Positions 31,386 to 41,141 are shown, counted from the stretch's first letter. The stretch: DNA of 64,000 bases from an uncultured Sutterella sp. (GCA_905194315.1 CAJJRX010000005.1:1971-65970), one strand, 5' to 3'. The notes: generated from the sequence alone by a model not told the origin. Made by a program: numbers and translations.

Positions 31386-31716
31386 GAGGGGTTCTCCAAA
31401 TAGTTCTTCAAATCCTTGAAAAAGGACACACACCACAAGAGCCGAAACCTTTCCGGCGGACGGACTCGCGAAAAAACGGATGCCGGCCGCAGCACGGTGA
31501 CAGAAGCCGTCAGAAGGGTTTCGCTGCTAGAACCACATGGAGCCATGGGTCTTGTGCAGTGGACAGCAGAGCGTACGGAAATCCGGAAAAAACGCCCGTA
31601 CGTCAGCGCCATGGATAGTATAAATTTTCCGTTTTTATCAGGGCACGACACCCGCTGATACTTTGAGCAAACCTGACGCTCGTTTGTGGTCTGTCACCTG
31701 AAATAGAGAAATGTTA

Positions 31717-32244
31717 CTAGAGGTTCAGACTTTTTTGACTGTCTTCGCGCGTGAGCACCCCGAGAAACACCTCGGGTGTGCCGCTCTCGATGCCGTGCCG
31801 TCTGAGTTTGCGTGCGGCCTTGAGCACAAGCCGGTCACGGCTCACCAGCCAGGCGGCACCGGCCGTGTGGGCAAGGTCGAGAAACTTCTGATCGTCGGGA
31901 TCCCGGCAGAGCACCGGTGCGGTGGCAGGCTCTCCGGCAAAGGGCACACTCTGTGCATAAGCCCGCTCGAGAAGCGGCATGGCGGCGGCCACACTCCCGC
32001 AGAAAGCCTCGCGCGAGAGCACATCGGCAAGCTCAGTCATGGTTTGCGCCGTGCGCAGCACACGGACCCGGCCTGCGGCAATCAGCGGCAGCAGTGCGCT
32101 GCTGCGCGGATCGTTCCAGTAGTAGAGATCGAGGAGCACATTGGTGTCGAGCACAACAGGGAGTCCGGTATGAGCGTTCTGAGCGCAGACAGCCGCCTCT
32201 TCAAGACGGGCAATGGCACCGGTAACGGCGTCGGAAAGAGACAT
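31717..32244 (-). CDS. PIN-domain protein
   Basis: Motifs VVLDTNVLLD, CRDPDDQKFLDLA and LVSRD. Confidence 0.87.
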   Translation of the reverse strand: MSLSDAVTGAIARLEEAAVCAQNAHTGLPVVLDTNVLLDLYYWNDPRSSALLPLIAAGRVRVLRTAQTMTELADVLSREAFCGSVAAAMPLLERAYAQSVPFAGEPATAPVLCRDPDDQKFLDLAHTAGAAWLVSRDRLVLKAARKLRRHGIESGTPEVFLGVLTREDSQKSLNL

Positions 32245-32332
32245 GGGAAGAAATGTTAGTGTGTACTTACTTTCAACAAAAGAGGTCCGGCAGTAGCGGC
32301 CGGACCTCTCTGGGAATGGGTGGCTCTGGTTC

Positions 32333-33319
32333 TCAGGGAAGGAACGCCGCCACAGCTTCACGCTCGTCGAGCAGCTCGCGGCAGGTTCTGGCGAGACGCT
32401 CCTGCTGAGCTTCGGTCATCGCGAGATCGCGCACGATTTCGTAGTTGCCCTTGCCGTCAGTGAGGCAGGGGAAACCGAAGACAAGCCCTTCGGGAATACC
32501 GTAGCTGCCGTCGCTCGGCACACCCATGGTGACCCATTCACCGTTCGAACCCAGTGCCCAGTCGCGCATGTGATCGATGGCGGCTGCGGCGGCACTGGCA
32601 GCCGAACTGGCACCGCGGGCGGCGATAATGGCCGAACCGCGCTTGGCGACCGTGGGAATGAACTCATTGCTGATCCACTCCTCGTTCACAAGCGAGAGCG
32701 CATTTTCGCCGCGCACTGTGGCGCGGGTGAGATCCGGGTACATCGTCGGGGAGTGATTGCCCCAGACAGCGACATGATGCACATCGGTGACATGGGCGCC
32801 GGTGCGCACAGCAAGCTGATTCATCGCACGGTTCTGGTCGAGACGCAGCATCGCCGTGAAGCATTTCGGGTCAAGTCCCGGGGCGTTGCGGGCGGCGATA
32901 TAGGCATTGGTGTTGCAGGGGTTACCCACCACCAGCACCTTGACGTCGCGGCTTGCAGCCTCATCGAGCGCACGGCCCTGCGCCTGGAAAATCTGTGCAT
33001 TGGCTTCGAGCAGATCACTGCGCTCCATGCCGGGGCCGCGCGGACGTGCACCGACGAGCAGCGCATAGTCTGCGTCGCGGAACGCCAAGAGCGGATCCGC
33101 ACTCGCCTGCATACCGGCGAGCAGCGGGAACGCACAGTCTTCAAGTTCCATCATCACCCCTTTGAGCGCACCCTGGCTCTGGGAGTTGTTTCTCTCAAGC
33201 AGCGAGAGGATGACAGGCTGATCGGGGCCGAGCATGGCGCCGGACGCGATACGGAACAAAAGGGAGTAACCGATCTGGCCGGCGGGCCCGGTCACAGCAA
33301 CACGGACGGGAGTTTTCAT
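32333..33319 (-). CDS. mdh: Malate dehydrogenase
   Basis: Motifs [38 protein letters not shown] and WGNHS. Confidence 0.97.
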   Translation of the reverse strand: MKTPVRVAVTGPAGQIGYSLLFRIASGAMLGPDQPVILSLLERNNSQSQGALKGVMMELEDCAFPLLAGMQASADPLLAFRDADYALLVGARPRGPGMERSDLLEANAQIFQAQGRALDEAASRDVKVLVVGNPCNTNAYIAARNAPGLDPKCFTAMLRLDQNRAMNQLAVRTGAHVTDVHHVAVWGNHSPTMYPDLTRATVRGENALSLVNEEWISNEFIPTVAKRGSAIIAARGASSAASAAAAAIDHMRDWALGSNGEWVTMGVPSDGSYGIPEGLVFGFPCLTDGKGNYEIVRDLAMTEAQQERLARTCRELLDEREAVAAFLP

Positions 33320-33672
33320 TTTTGTGTCTCACTTTGTGTTTGCCCGACCTGCAGAGGCGCTCACCTTGCCGGCGTCACGGCGGCGGGCTGATGTATTTTC
33401 AATGCCGGAAAAGAGGTTCAGGCCGATCCGCACGTTCTGCGTTGTGCGCAAGGTGACAGGGCTGGTGCTGTGCGGGCAGCCGGGCTTGCTGCTTCCGTAT
33501 TGATAATGCGTACAGAGTTTAGCAAAACGCGCCGATGGGTGGAAAATTTTGTGCATTTGTAAAAATCCCGACTACAAAACTCGGCTTTTTGAGTAAACTA
33601 TCTGCAAATTTCCAGAATCATCGAAACGATTACGTTCCGAACCGCTGTTTTTTCCTTTTTTAGAGGTGTTAC

Positions 33673-34317
33673 ATGTCCCCATTAGAAGTTGTCCGCGAGC
33701 GCTATACCACAAAACACTATGATCCGAGCAAGCCTCTGACGGACGAGGAATTCAACACACTGCTCGAAGTGCTGCGTCTGTCGCCGAGTTCGGTGAACTC
33801 CCAGCCCTGGCATTTCTTTGTGGCCCGCTCCGAAGAAGCCAAGAAGAAGCTTCTGCCCGGCGTGCTCGACTTCAATCAGAACCGTGTGATGGATGCCGAC
33901 TTTGTGGTGGTGATGGCTGCCAAGGATGAATACACGGATGCGGATTTCGCCAGGGTGCTTGAGAAGGAAACCGCTGACGGGCGTTATCCCAATGCCGAAA
34001 TGGCCGCACAGCAGGATCAGGGCCGCCGCTACTTTGTCGGTCTGCACTCCGGGAGCCCTGAGGAGCTCCACGCCTGGGCCTCGCGTCAGACCTATATTGC
34101 GCTCGGCTTTGTGCTTTACGCGGCTGCCAGCATGGGTATTGACTCCACCTGCCTTGAAGGGCTCGACTACGACAAGGTCGATGAGGCGCTCGGTCTCAAG
34201 GGCAAGGGTCTGCGCACGGCTGTGGCTGTGAGTTTCGGCCACCGTGCTCACAACGACGGCAACGCCACCCGTCCGAAGTCCCGTCTCGCGCTCTCTGATG
34301 TGGTGACGGTGCTTTAA
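33673..34317 (+). CDS. Oxygen-insensitive NAD(P)H nitroreductase (NfsB-like)
   Basis: Motifs RYTTKHYD, LSPSSVNSQPWHF, GIDSTCLEG and PKSRL. Confidence 0.9.
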   Translation: MSPLEVVRERYTTKHYDPSKPLTDEEFNTLLEVLRLSPSSVNSQPWHFFVARSEEAKKKLLPGVLDFNQNRVMDADFVVVMAAKDEYTDADFARVLEKETADGRYPNAEMAAQQDQGRRYFVGLHSGSPEELHAWASRQTYIALGFVLYAAASMGIDSTCLEGLDYDKVDEALGLKGKGLRTAVAVSFGHRAHNDGNATRPKSRLALSDVVTVL

Positions 34318-34491
34318 GCGCTCCGGTGCTGTGCGCTGACACAAATCTGAACTCCCGGTTTTACGCAACCGGGAGTTTTTTTGTCACGAGAATCAGGAGT
34401 TTGAAACGACTTCCGGATAAAATCTCACCGGCGGCAGACACCGGCTTTGCTAGACTGTCAGCACTCGAAAAAAATACCAATGGAGTCAAAT

Positions 34492-35307
34492 ATGCGCCTC
34501 TGGGCAAAACTGATCACTGTTATGAGCCTTGCTTCGGCCCTGGTGCCGGCACACTCGGCAATGACGGAAGAACAGGCACAGACTGTGCTCAACGATGACA
34601 GCTATTTCCGCCGCTGGTCGCAGCCCGGTGCGATCACGAGCGTGGCGGAGGCTGAAAAGGTCAAAGAGCAGGGCGATCGCGAACTCGCCCGCATCGAAGA
34701 GGCGCTCGGTGACATGAAGAAGGTCTGCTACGGCAGGTTCTTCGTCAACAGCTGCATTGAGGATGCCCGCAAGCTCTCCTTTGTGCGCGACCGTGAAATC
34801 CGCAAGGTCCGTAATCAGGCCGATGCGATCATCCGTGCCGACAAAACGCGTGAGATTCAGGAACGCCGTGCCCGCTCGGCCGCAGAGGTCAAGGAGCCGC
34901 CGATGAAGCCGCGTGCTGCGGGCAGTGCAAAACCCGCCCCTGCAACGCCGGAGGCCAGAACGCCGCGTGAGGCCCGGGACGTGACGCCGCTTACCCCGAA
35001 AAAGCCCCGCGCAGCCAGTGAACCGATGGTGATTGACAACACGGCTGCCGAGCGCGTCAGGGAAAAGAACGCCGAGGCTGCAGAGAAACGTGCGCTTGAG
35101 GCGGACAATGTGGCAGCGTACGAAGCCAAGCAGCGCGAGGCGGCCGAACGTATGAAGGCCGCCCGTGAAAAGGCCGAAGAGCGCCGCAAAGAACGCGAGG
35201 CGCAGCAGGAGAGCTTCGAGAAATCCCGCCTTGAGCGTGAGCAGGCGCAAAAGCGCTATCAGGAGCAGCAGAACCAGAACCGCTCCTCGCTCTCGAAATA
35301 TTTCTGA
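34492..35307 (+). CDS. Hypothetical exported coiled-coil protein
   Basis: Signal peptide ending AHS-A, CY.RFFVNSC motif and E/R/K/A-rich coils; host-like codon use. Confidence 0.75.
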   Translation: MRLWAKLITVMSLASALVPAHSAMTEEQAQTVLNDDSYFRRWSQPGAITSVAEAEKVKEQGDRELARIEEALGDMKKVCYGRFFVNSCIEDARKLSFVRDREIRKVRNQADAIIRADKTREIQERRARSAAEVKEPPMKPRAAGSAKPAPATPEARTPREARDVTPLTPKKPRAASEPMVIDNTAAERVREKNAEAAEKRALEADNVAAYEAKQREAAERMKAAREKAEERRKEREAQQESFEKSRLEREQAQKRYQEQQNQNRSSLSKYF

Positions 35308-35459
35308 TATCTCTTTATTCCTGCCAAAGGCCGCCGTCTGTGCGGCCTTTGCTGTCTGATCCTCTGACGTGATCCTGTGAAGAGCCTTCACGCGTGCGGT
35401 TCGCGGTCCTATAATTCTCTGATACTCTGAAAACACGACTTCACAAAGAGCACTTCCCG

Positions 35460-37613
35460 ATGACATCTCCCGCAACCTGGCTCGATCCCGGACTGGACTT
35501 TCCCGACCGTATGGCGTCGCTGTACGCAAAAGACGGCCTGATGGCAAAGAAAATCAAAGGTTTTCACCCTCGTGAAGGGCAGAAGGCTTTTGCTGTGGAG
35601 GTCTCAAAGCTCATCGGTGAGAAGAGCACGCTCATTGCCGAGGCCGGCACGGGGACCGGGAAAACCTTTGCCTATCTGGTGCCTGCCATTGCCGCGGGCT
35701 GCAAAACCATTGTCTCGACCGCAGGAAAATCCCTGCAGGATCAGCTCTCGACAAAAGACCTTCCGGCAATCCGTTCACTGCTCGGTATCGGGGTCAAAAC
35801 GAGTGTGCTCAAGGGGCGCGCGAACTACATCTGTCACTACCGGCTTGAGCTTGCCAACAGTGAAAGCTTTCTGCCAGAGCAGGATTCCGGGGCCAAGCTG
35901 CGTATGATCAGCCGTTTTGCCGCCGTGAGCGAGACCGGTGACAAGGGTGAGCTGAGCGCAGTGCCCGAGGATGATCCTCTCTGGCCGATGGTGACAAGCA
36001 CCCGCGAGAACTGCCTCGGGCGCGATCGCTGCCCGCACTGGGATGAGTGCTTTGTCAGAAAGGCACGCGAGCGTGCACTCGAAAGCGATGTGATCGTGGT
36101 GAACCACCATCTGTATCTGAGCTCGCTTGCGCTCAGAAACCAGAGCAACAACATGATCGACGGTCTGCTCCCCGATGCGGCGCTCACCGTGATTGATGAG
36201 GCGCACCAGCTCCCGGGTATTGCATCGGACTTTTTCGGTCGTGGTTTTTCCACCAGAGAGCTTGAAAAGACGGCTGACGAAGGAGCGGTGCTGAGTGCAC
36301 GGGCCACGGTGGGCGATCAGCAGAACTGGATGGCGCTCAGAAGCAGCATGCAGCAGGCGCTGCGTATGCTGATCAAAGCGGTGAACGAGAGCGGCCTCGC
36401 TGAAGGGGAGAAGCTCGCCTTTGACAAGATTGAAAAGCCCGAGACGCTCATCGAGCCGTTTGATGCGCTCAGTGAGGTCTGCTACCGGTACGCAGAGGTT
36501 TTTAAAGCCAATGCAGGCCGTGATGATGAGCTCGATACGCTGAGCGAATGGTTTGCCGGGCTGCAGTTTGAAGTGAATTCCTGGCGGGCTATTGTCCGCG
36601 GAGAGCCGCTTGATGTGCCGGGGCTTGAACCCGCCGTACCCGGTACGGATACTGAGGGCGAGGGTGAGACGCAGGCAGCTGCTCAAGAGGGCCCCCGGGC
36701 GGCGTCTTCCGCGACATCGCGCCGTGCCTCGAGTGTGCTCTGGATTGAGGCCGGCAAGCAGTATGCGCGCTTTAACAACACGCCGCTCAATTTCTCAGCG
36801 GACTTTCGCAAAATGCGCGAGGAGATGGGCGGCGCCTGGGTGTTTACCTCGGCAACGCTCTCAAACTCCGGCAACTTCACCCACTTCAAGAGCGAGCTCG
36901 GAATCGGGGAGGCTGTGGAGCGCTCCTGGGAGAGTCCGTTCAACTACTGGGAGCAGGGCTGTCTTTATATTCCGAAGATTCCCGCCCCGGCGAACAACAC
37001 CGCGGTGCACACCGAAAATGTGATCGATGCCGTCTGGCCGCTCATCGTGGCGGCCCGGGGCCGCACATTTGTGCTCTGCACCTCGCTCGCGGCCGTTGAC
37101 ATTGCCGCGCAGCGTCTTGAGGAGCGGCTCAGTGCCAACGGTCTCGACTATAAACTGCTCGTTCAGGGCAGTGCCCCGAAGGGCGCGCTCGTGAGGGCTT
37201 TCCGTGAGCACGGGCATGCGGTGCTCGTGGGCAGTATGGGGTTCTGGGAGGGCGTTGACGTGCAGGGGGATGCTCTCTCGCTCGTCGTGATCGACAAGCT
37301 GCCGTTCTCTCCGCCTGACGATCCGGTGACCGAAGCCCGCTGCCGGCAGATCCGGGAGGCGGGCGGTCATCCGTTTGCGGCCTACACCCTGCCTGAGGCG
37401 ATTATTGCGCTCAAGCAGGGGGTGGGACGGCTTATCCGGAGTGAGACCGACCGCGGTATGGTGGTGCTCTGCGACACCCGTGTGGTCGACAAGCCCTACG
37501 GCTCGATTGTGCTGAAAAATCTGCCCGACTTCTATCGCACCCGCCGTGAGGAAAAGGCGCTGCAGTTCTTCCTTGCGCCGGAAAAATTCAAAGAGGGGCT
37601 TTACCGGCAGTAA
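35460..37613 (+). CDS. ATP-dependent DNA helicase, DinG/YoaA family
   Basis: Motifs EAGTGTGKT, KGRANYIC, Fe-S cysteines, IDEAH, TSATL, FWEGVD and QGVGRLIR. Confidence 0.94.
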   Translation: MTSPATWLDPGLDFPDRMASLYAKDGLMAKKIKGFHPREGQKAFAVEVSKLIGEKSTLIAEAGTGTGKTFAYLVPAIAAGCKTIVSTAGKSLQDQLSTKDLPAIRSLLGIGVKTSVLKGRANYICHYRLELANSESFLPEQDSGAKLRMISRFAAVSETGDKGELSAVPEDDPLWPMVTSTRENCLGRDRCPHWDECFVRKARERALESDVIVVNHHLYLSSLALRNQSNNMIDGLLPDAALTVIDEAHQLPGIASDFFGRGFSTRELEKTADEGAVLSARATVGDQQNWMALRSSMQQALRMLIKAVNESGLAEGEKLAFDKIEKPETLIEPFDALSEVCYRYAEVFKANAGRDDELDTLSEWFAGLQFEVNSWRAIVRGEPLDVPGLEPAVPGTDTEGEGETQAAAQEGPRAASSATSRRASSVLWIEAGKQYARFNNTPLNFSADFRKMREEMGGAWVFTSATLSNSGNFTHFKSELGIGEAVERSWESPFNYWEQGCLYIPKIPAPANNTAVHTENVIDAVWPLIVAARGRTFVLCTSLAAVDIAAQRLEERLSANGLDYKLLVQGSAPKGALVRAFREHGHAVLVGSMGFWEGVDVQGDALSLVVIDKLPFSPPDDPVTEARCRQIREAGGHPFAAYTLPEAIIALKQGVGRLIRSETDRGMVVLCDTRVVDKPYGSIVLKNLPDFYRTRREEKALQFFLAPEKFKEGLYRQ

Positions 37614-37668
37614 AGGTCAGAAGGGTGAGAAAAACGAAGTTTTTTATCTGTCCGTAAAAGCATAACTC

Positions 37669-37730
37669 TGACATTTGTCACTTACTGTGTTTCACTATCC
37701 ATAATGCTAAGCAACAGGTGACAGATTTCA
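37669..37730. repeat. Bipartite TGACA motif, copy 1
   Basis: TGACATTTGTCACTT at 37669 and TGACAGA at 37719; same sequence and 50-bp spacing recur at 40448/40498. Confidence 0.6.
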
Positions 37731-37872
37731 TTCCGGCGGTGTTTTGTGGAATGGTTTTCTTGACTCTGGCAGGCGTTTTTCCCGCCGCTTCCGTCTCTAG
37801 TGGAAAGTGCTCAGAAAAGTTGTGAGAACCCGAAGCGATGGTGAGTTTTCGCTTCGGCACTGCACCGAGATA

Positions 37873-37901
37873 TTGACGCGGCCGTGCAACTTCCCTAGGA
37901 T
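37873..37901 (+). promoter_or_regulatory. sigma70 promoter of the T-box-trpEG transcript
   Basis: TTGACG-17 bp-TAGGAT, ending just upstream of the start of the duplicated leader (37908). Confidence 0.8.
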
Positions 37902-37907
37902 TGAATG

Positions 37908-38244
37908 TACACCGTTGAAGCGGAAGTAACGGCGAACGAAGACTTCTGAGAGAGCCCGAGTAAGGTGAGAGTCGGGTAAGACACTGGTCGTCAAATGGGC
38001 CGCTGAGGGCGCAGTCAAAAGCAGGTGAGCCTGCCTAGTATTCTGCGACGCGCGAACCTGCGTATTGTGGTTCAGGGTATGATGGTACCCGGAAAAAAAG
38101 CGCATGGACCTCCGGTCCGTGAAAGTAAGGTGGCACCGCGGGTGGACTCTTTCACTCGTCCTTACATCAGGCAGCAGCGCTGCCGGGATGTTTGCCGCCT
38201 GCGCAATAGAGCTCCCCGGTCAGTGCTGCCGGCGGAGTTTTTTT
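37908..38244 (+). ncRNA. T-box riboswitch leader, Trp specifier, upstream of trpEG
   Basis: Stem I with AGCGG/CCGCT base, AGTA S-turn, AG bulge (AGAGA), GGTGAGA distal loop and specifier TGG 37996-37998. Stems II, IIA/B and III present. T-box AAGGTGGCACCGCG 38127-38140; terminator 38212-38244. Confidence 0.93.
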
Positions 38245-38262
38245 ATTGCGGAAAAGAAGTCT

Positions 38263-39732
38263 ATGCAGCTTAATCTTTCTCTGGATGATGTCAGACGTAC
38301 CGGCCGCGAGCAGAATGCGCGGCTTGTTCCTGTGGCGGGCGAAATGCTCTCCGATCTGCTCACGCCGATCGATATTGTGCGTATTCTGCGCCTGGTCTCG
38401 GAGCATGTGTTTCTCTTTGAGAGCGTGGAGGACAAGGAGCACTGGGGCCGCTACAGCTTTCTGGGTTTTCGCCCCCGGCTCTGCGTGACCGCCCGTGCGG
38501 GCGAGCTCTATCTCAATGGTGAAAAGGCGACGGGGGAACACAATCCGAACACCTATCTCCGTAAACTGCTCTCGGAGCACAAGAGCGCCCGTGTGCCGGG
38601 ACTGCCTTCCTTCACGGGCGGCTTTGTGGGGTATTTTGCCTTTGACTACCTTGGCTACAGTGAGCCGACGATCCGGTTTCCGCAGGAGGATGCGGAAGGT
38701 TTTCAGGATCTCGACCTGATGATGTTTGACCGGCTGATCGCCTTTGATCATCTGCGCCAGAAAATCCTTCTGATTGCCAATGTCGATACGGACGATGTCG
38801 AGCAGAGTTATGCGCAGGCTGAGCGTGACATCCTTGAGATGCGCAATCTGCTGCGCCGGCAGGACCGCTTCACGCCGCCGGCGGGAAGACTGCTCGGACC
38901 GATCGAGCCGCTTTTTGAAAAAACGCGCTTCTGTGAAATGGTCGAACGCGCCAAGCGGAGCATCTTCGAAGGGGATATCTTCCAGATTGTGCTCTCCAAC
39001 CGTTTCTCGGCACCCTATGAAGGCAGTCTGTTCAACACCTACCGGCTTCTGAGAACCATCAACCCGTCTCCGTACCTCTTTTATCTCTCCGGCACGGATG
39101 TGGAGGTTGCCGGTGCCTCGCCCGAGACACTGGTAAAACTCGAAGACGGTGTGTTGCACACGTTCCCGCTCGCGGGCACCCGCCCCCGCGGGAAGACGCC
39201 CGAAGAGGACCGCCGGCTTGAGGCGGAACTGCTCAGCGACGAGAAAGAGCTTGCCGAACACAACATGCTGGTGGATCTCGGCCGCAATGACCTCGGAAAG
39301 ATCAGTCGCTTCAGCAGTGTGAAGGTGGAGAAACTCCGTGTGATCGAGCGCTTCTCGCACGTGATGCATATCGGCTCGACCGTGCGCGGGGAAATCCGCG
39401 AGGACTGCGATGCGCTCGATGCCATCAATGCCGTGCTGCCGGCGGGAACCCTCTCCGGGGCGCCCAAAATCCGTGCCTGTCAGCTCATCAGCGAACTCGA
39501 AGGCAATAAACGCGGCATCTACGGGGGCGCAATCGGCTACATCGGGTTTGACGGCAATATGGACACATGCATTGCAATCCGCATCGCCTACCGCAAGAAC
39601 GGTCGCGTTTATGTGCGCAGCGGTGCCGGTATTGTGGCGGATTCGGTGCCCGAAAATGAATATACGGAATGCGTCAACAAGGCAAAAGCCGTGGTGCGCG
39701 CCCTCGAGCAGGCTCAGGAGGAGGATTTATGA
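38263..39732 (+). CDS. trpE: Anthranilate synthase component I
   Basis: Motifs FLFES, GRYSF, GDIFQIV, NPSPY, ASPE, EHNMLVDLGRND, GTLSGAPK and GAGIVADS. Trp T-box upstream. Confidence 0.93.
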   Translation: MQLNLSLDDVRRTGREQNARLVPVAGEMLSDLLTPIDIVRILRLVSEHVFLFESVEDKEHWGRYSFLGFRPRLCVTARAGELYLNGEKATGEHNPNTYLRKLLSEHKSARVPGLPSFTGGFVGYFAFDYLGYSEPTIRFPQEDAEGFQDLDLMMFDRLIAFDHLRQKILLIANVDTDDVEQSYAQAERDILEMRNLLRRQDRFTPPAGRLLGPIEPLFEKTRFCEMVERAKRSIFEGDIFQIVLSNRFSAPYEGSLFNTYRLLRTINPSPYLFYLSGTDVEVAGASPETLVKLEDGVLHTFPLAGTRPRGKTPEEDRRLEAELLSDEKELAEHNMLVDLGRNDLGKISRFSSVKVEKLRVIERFSHVMHIGSTVRGEIREDCDALDAINAVLPAGTLSGAPKIRACQLISELEGNKRGIYGGAIGYIGFDGNMDTCIAIRIAYRKNGRVYVRSGAGIVADSVPENEYTECVNKAKAVVRALEQAQEEDL

Positions 39733-40319
39733 TTTTGCTCATCGACAGCTATGACAGCTTTGTCTACAACCTCTATCAGTATCTGGGCGAGATTGAGCCT
39801 GATATCCGCGTAATCCGCAACGATGAGATGAGTGTGGAAGAGATCCGCGCCCTTAATCCGGAGGCGATTGTGCTCTCTCCGGGGCCCGGACGGCCCGAGG
39901 ATGCCGGGGTGATTATTGACGTGGTGAAAACGCTCGGCGCTGAGATTCCGGTGTTCGGTGTCTGCCTGGGACATCAGGCAATCTGCAGTGCGTTCGGCGC
40001 CACGGTCACCTACGCTTCAACGCTCATGCACGGTAAATCGAGCCGCGTGAACTACGACAGAGAGAGTGTGATTTTCAGCCGTCTGCCGCCCGGTGAGGGC
40101 GAGGTGGCGCGCTACCACTCGCTTGCGGCCGATCCCGCCACCATCCCTGAGGTGCTCAAGGTCACGGCAGTGACTGCTGACGGTGAAGTGATGGCAGTCG
40201 AACACCGGCATCTGCCGGTTTTCGGGGTGCAGTTTCACCCGGAATCGATTCTCACGAAGGACGGCAAACTGATGCTCAAGGCATTTCTTGAGTTTGCCAG
40301 GTCCCGCCGGGCCGCCTGA
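39729..40319 (+). CDS. trpG: Anthranilate synthase component II (glutamine amidotransferase)
   Basis: Motifs IDSYDSFVYNL, SPGPG, GVCLGHQ, RYHSL and QFHPES; ATGA overlap with trpE. Confidence 0.92.
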   Translation: MILLIDSYDSFVYNLYQYLGEIEPDIRVIRNDEMSVEEIRALNPEAIVLSPGPGRPEDAGVIIDVVKTLGAEIPVFGVCLGHQAICSAFGATVTYASTLMHGKSSRVNYDRESVIFSRLPPGEGEVARYHSLAADPATIPEVLKVTAVTADGEVMAVEHRHLPVFGVQFHPESILTKDGKLMLKAFLEFARSRRAA

Positions 40320-40342
40320 GCGGTCAGTGCCGAAGCAATAAT

Positions 40343-40381
40343 AAAGACCTCTCTGCCGTTTTGGCAGCGGGGTCTTTTTTT
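40343..40381 (+). terminator. Intrinsic terminator after trpG
   Basis: AAAGACCTCTCTGCC/GGCAGCGGGGTCTTT hairpin with T run. Confidence 0.8.
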
Positions 40382-40447
40382 CGGAGAAGACATTGCCGTT
40401 TGATCGGTGAATGACGAATTTCTAATATGACCGTTTATAGCAAATAA

Positions 40448-40509
40448 TGACATTTGTCACTTTCAAAATATATTTGCAGTATTGATAAAGCGACAAGTGA
40501 CAGAAATCG
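40448..40509. repeat. Bipartite TGACA motif, copy 2
   Basis: TGACATTTGTCACTT at 40448 and TGACAGA at 40498. Confidence 0.6.
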
Positions 40510-40679
40510 CTGATTTTTAAAACATGGTATAAAAATCTGAGTATTACCCGGCAAGGCATCAGTGCGCGGCATCGGATGACTGCAGCGGATGCGTTAAGAT
40601 ACGCCTTATTGTTTTTCAGTTTTGTGAACCGTATTGAGAAGCAGGAGAGCCGCTTCTGACTCTCCTGAGGAAATGTGCC

Positions 40680-41141
40680 ATGACCCGACCGACTCTCTTT
40701 CTGAGTGCCTCTGCACTGGTGAATTTTGTTGCCGCTTCGGCACACACGCTGCTTATGGCTTATCTGCCGCTGGCCGGTAACGGCCTGTTTATGTTTCCGG
40801 GCGACTGGCACAGCCACTTTGTTAACACGATCCTGTGGCTGCTCGGTGCGGCGGCAGTGATATGCCTTACGCTGATCTTTCCTGCCAGAAAAGAGGCCCG
40901 CGGCATTGATGCGGCACAGGCCGGTAAGACGCTTGCCGAGGCGGCCGGCCGTACCGCCGCCTCAACGAGCCTCGGGTGTCTGTATATTTTTTCCGGCATT
41001 CTGCTCACCATGTTTCATTTCAGTGCTCAGGGCGCAGGAATGACGGTTAGTCTGGTGGCGGCCATTCTCGGACTGGTGACACTCTCGTCAGCTTTGAAGT
41101 GGCTCAGACAACTCCTGGTGCTGCTGCGGGAAAAACCGTAG
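40680..41141 (+). CDS. Hypothetical membrane protein (about 4 TM)
   Basis: GAGGA RBS, ATG start and four hydrophobic segments. Confidence 0.7.
   Translation: MTRPTLFLSASALVNFVAASAHTLLMAYLPLAGNGLFMFPGDWHSHFVNTILWLLGAAAVICLTLIFPARKEARGIDAAQAGKTLAEAAGRTAASTSLGCLYIFSGILLTMFHFSAQGAGMTVSLVAAILGLVTLSSALKWLRQLLVLLREKP

Noticed and set aside
31386..31700. Possible glycine riboswitch upstream of the AGCS transporter
   Set aside because: The leader is long but lacks the conserved aptamer motifs (GGAGAG, CCGAAG, CUCAGG).
31717..32244. PIN gene as a toxin-antitoxin module
   Set aside because: No adjacent antitoxin ORF; it sits directly downstream of mdh like a solo PIN gene.
38104..38262. N-terminal extension of TrpE or a Trp leader peptide
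   Set aside because: The frame runs through the T-box antiterminator and terminator. The real start is the ATG at 38263, and no short tandem-Trp leader peptide is present.
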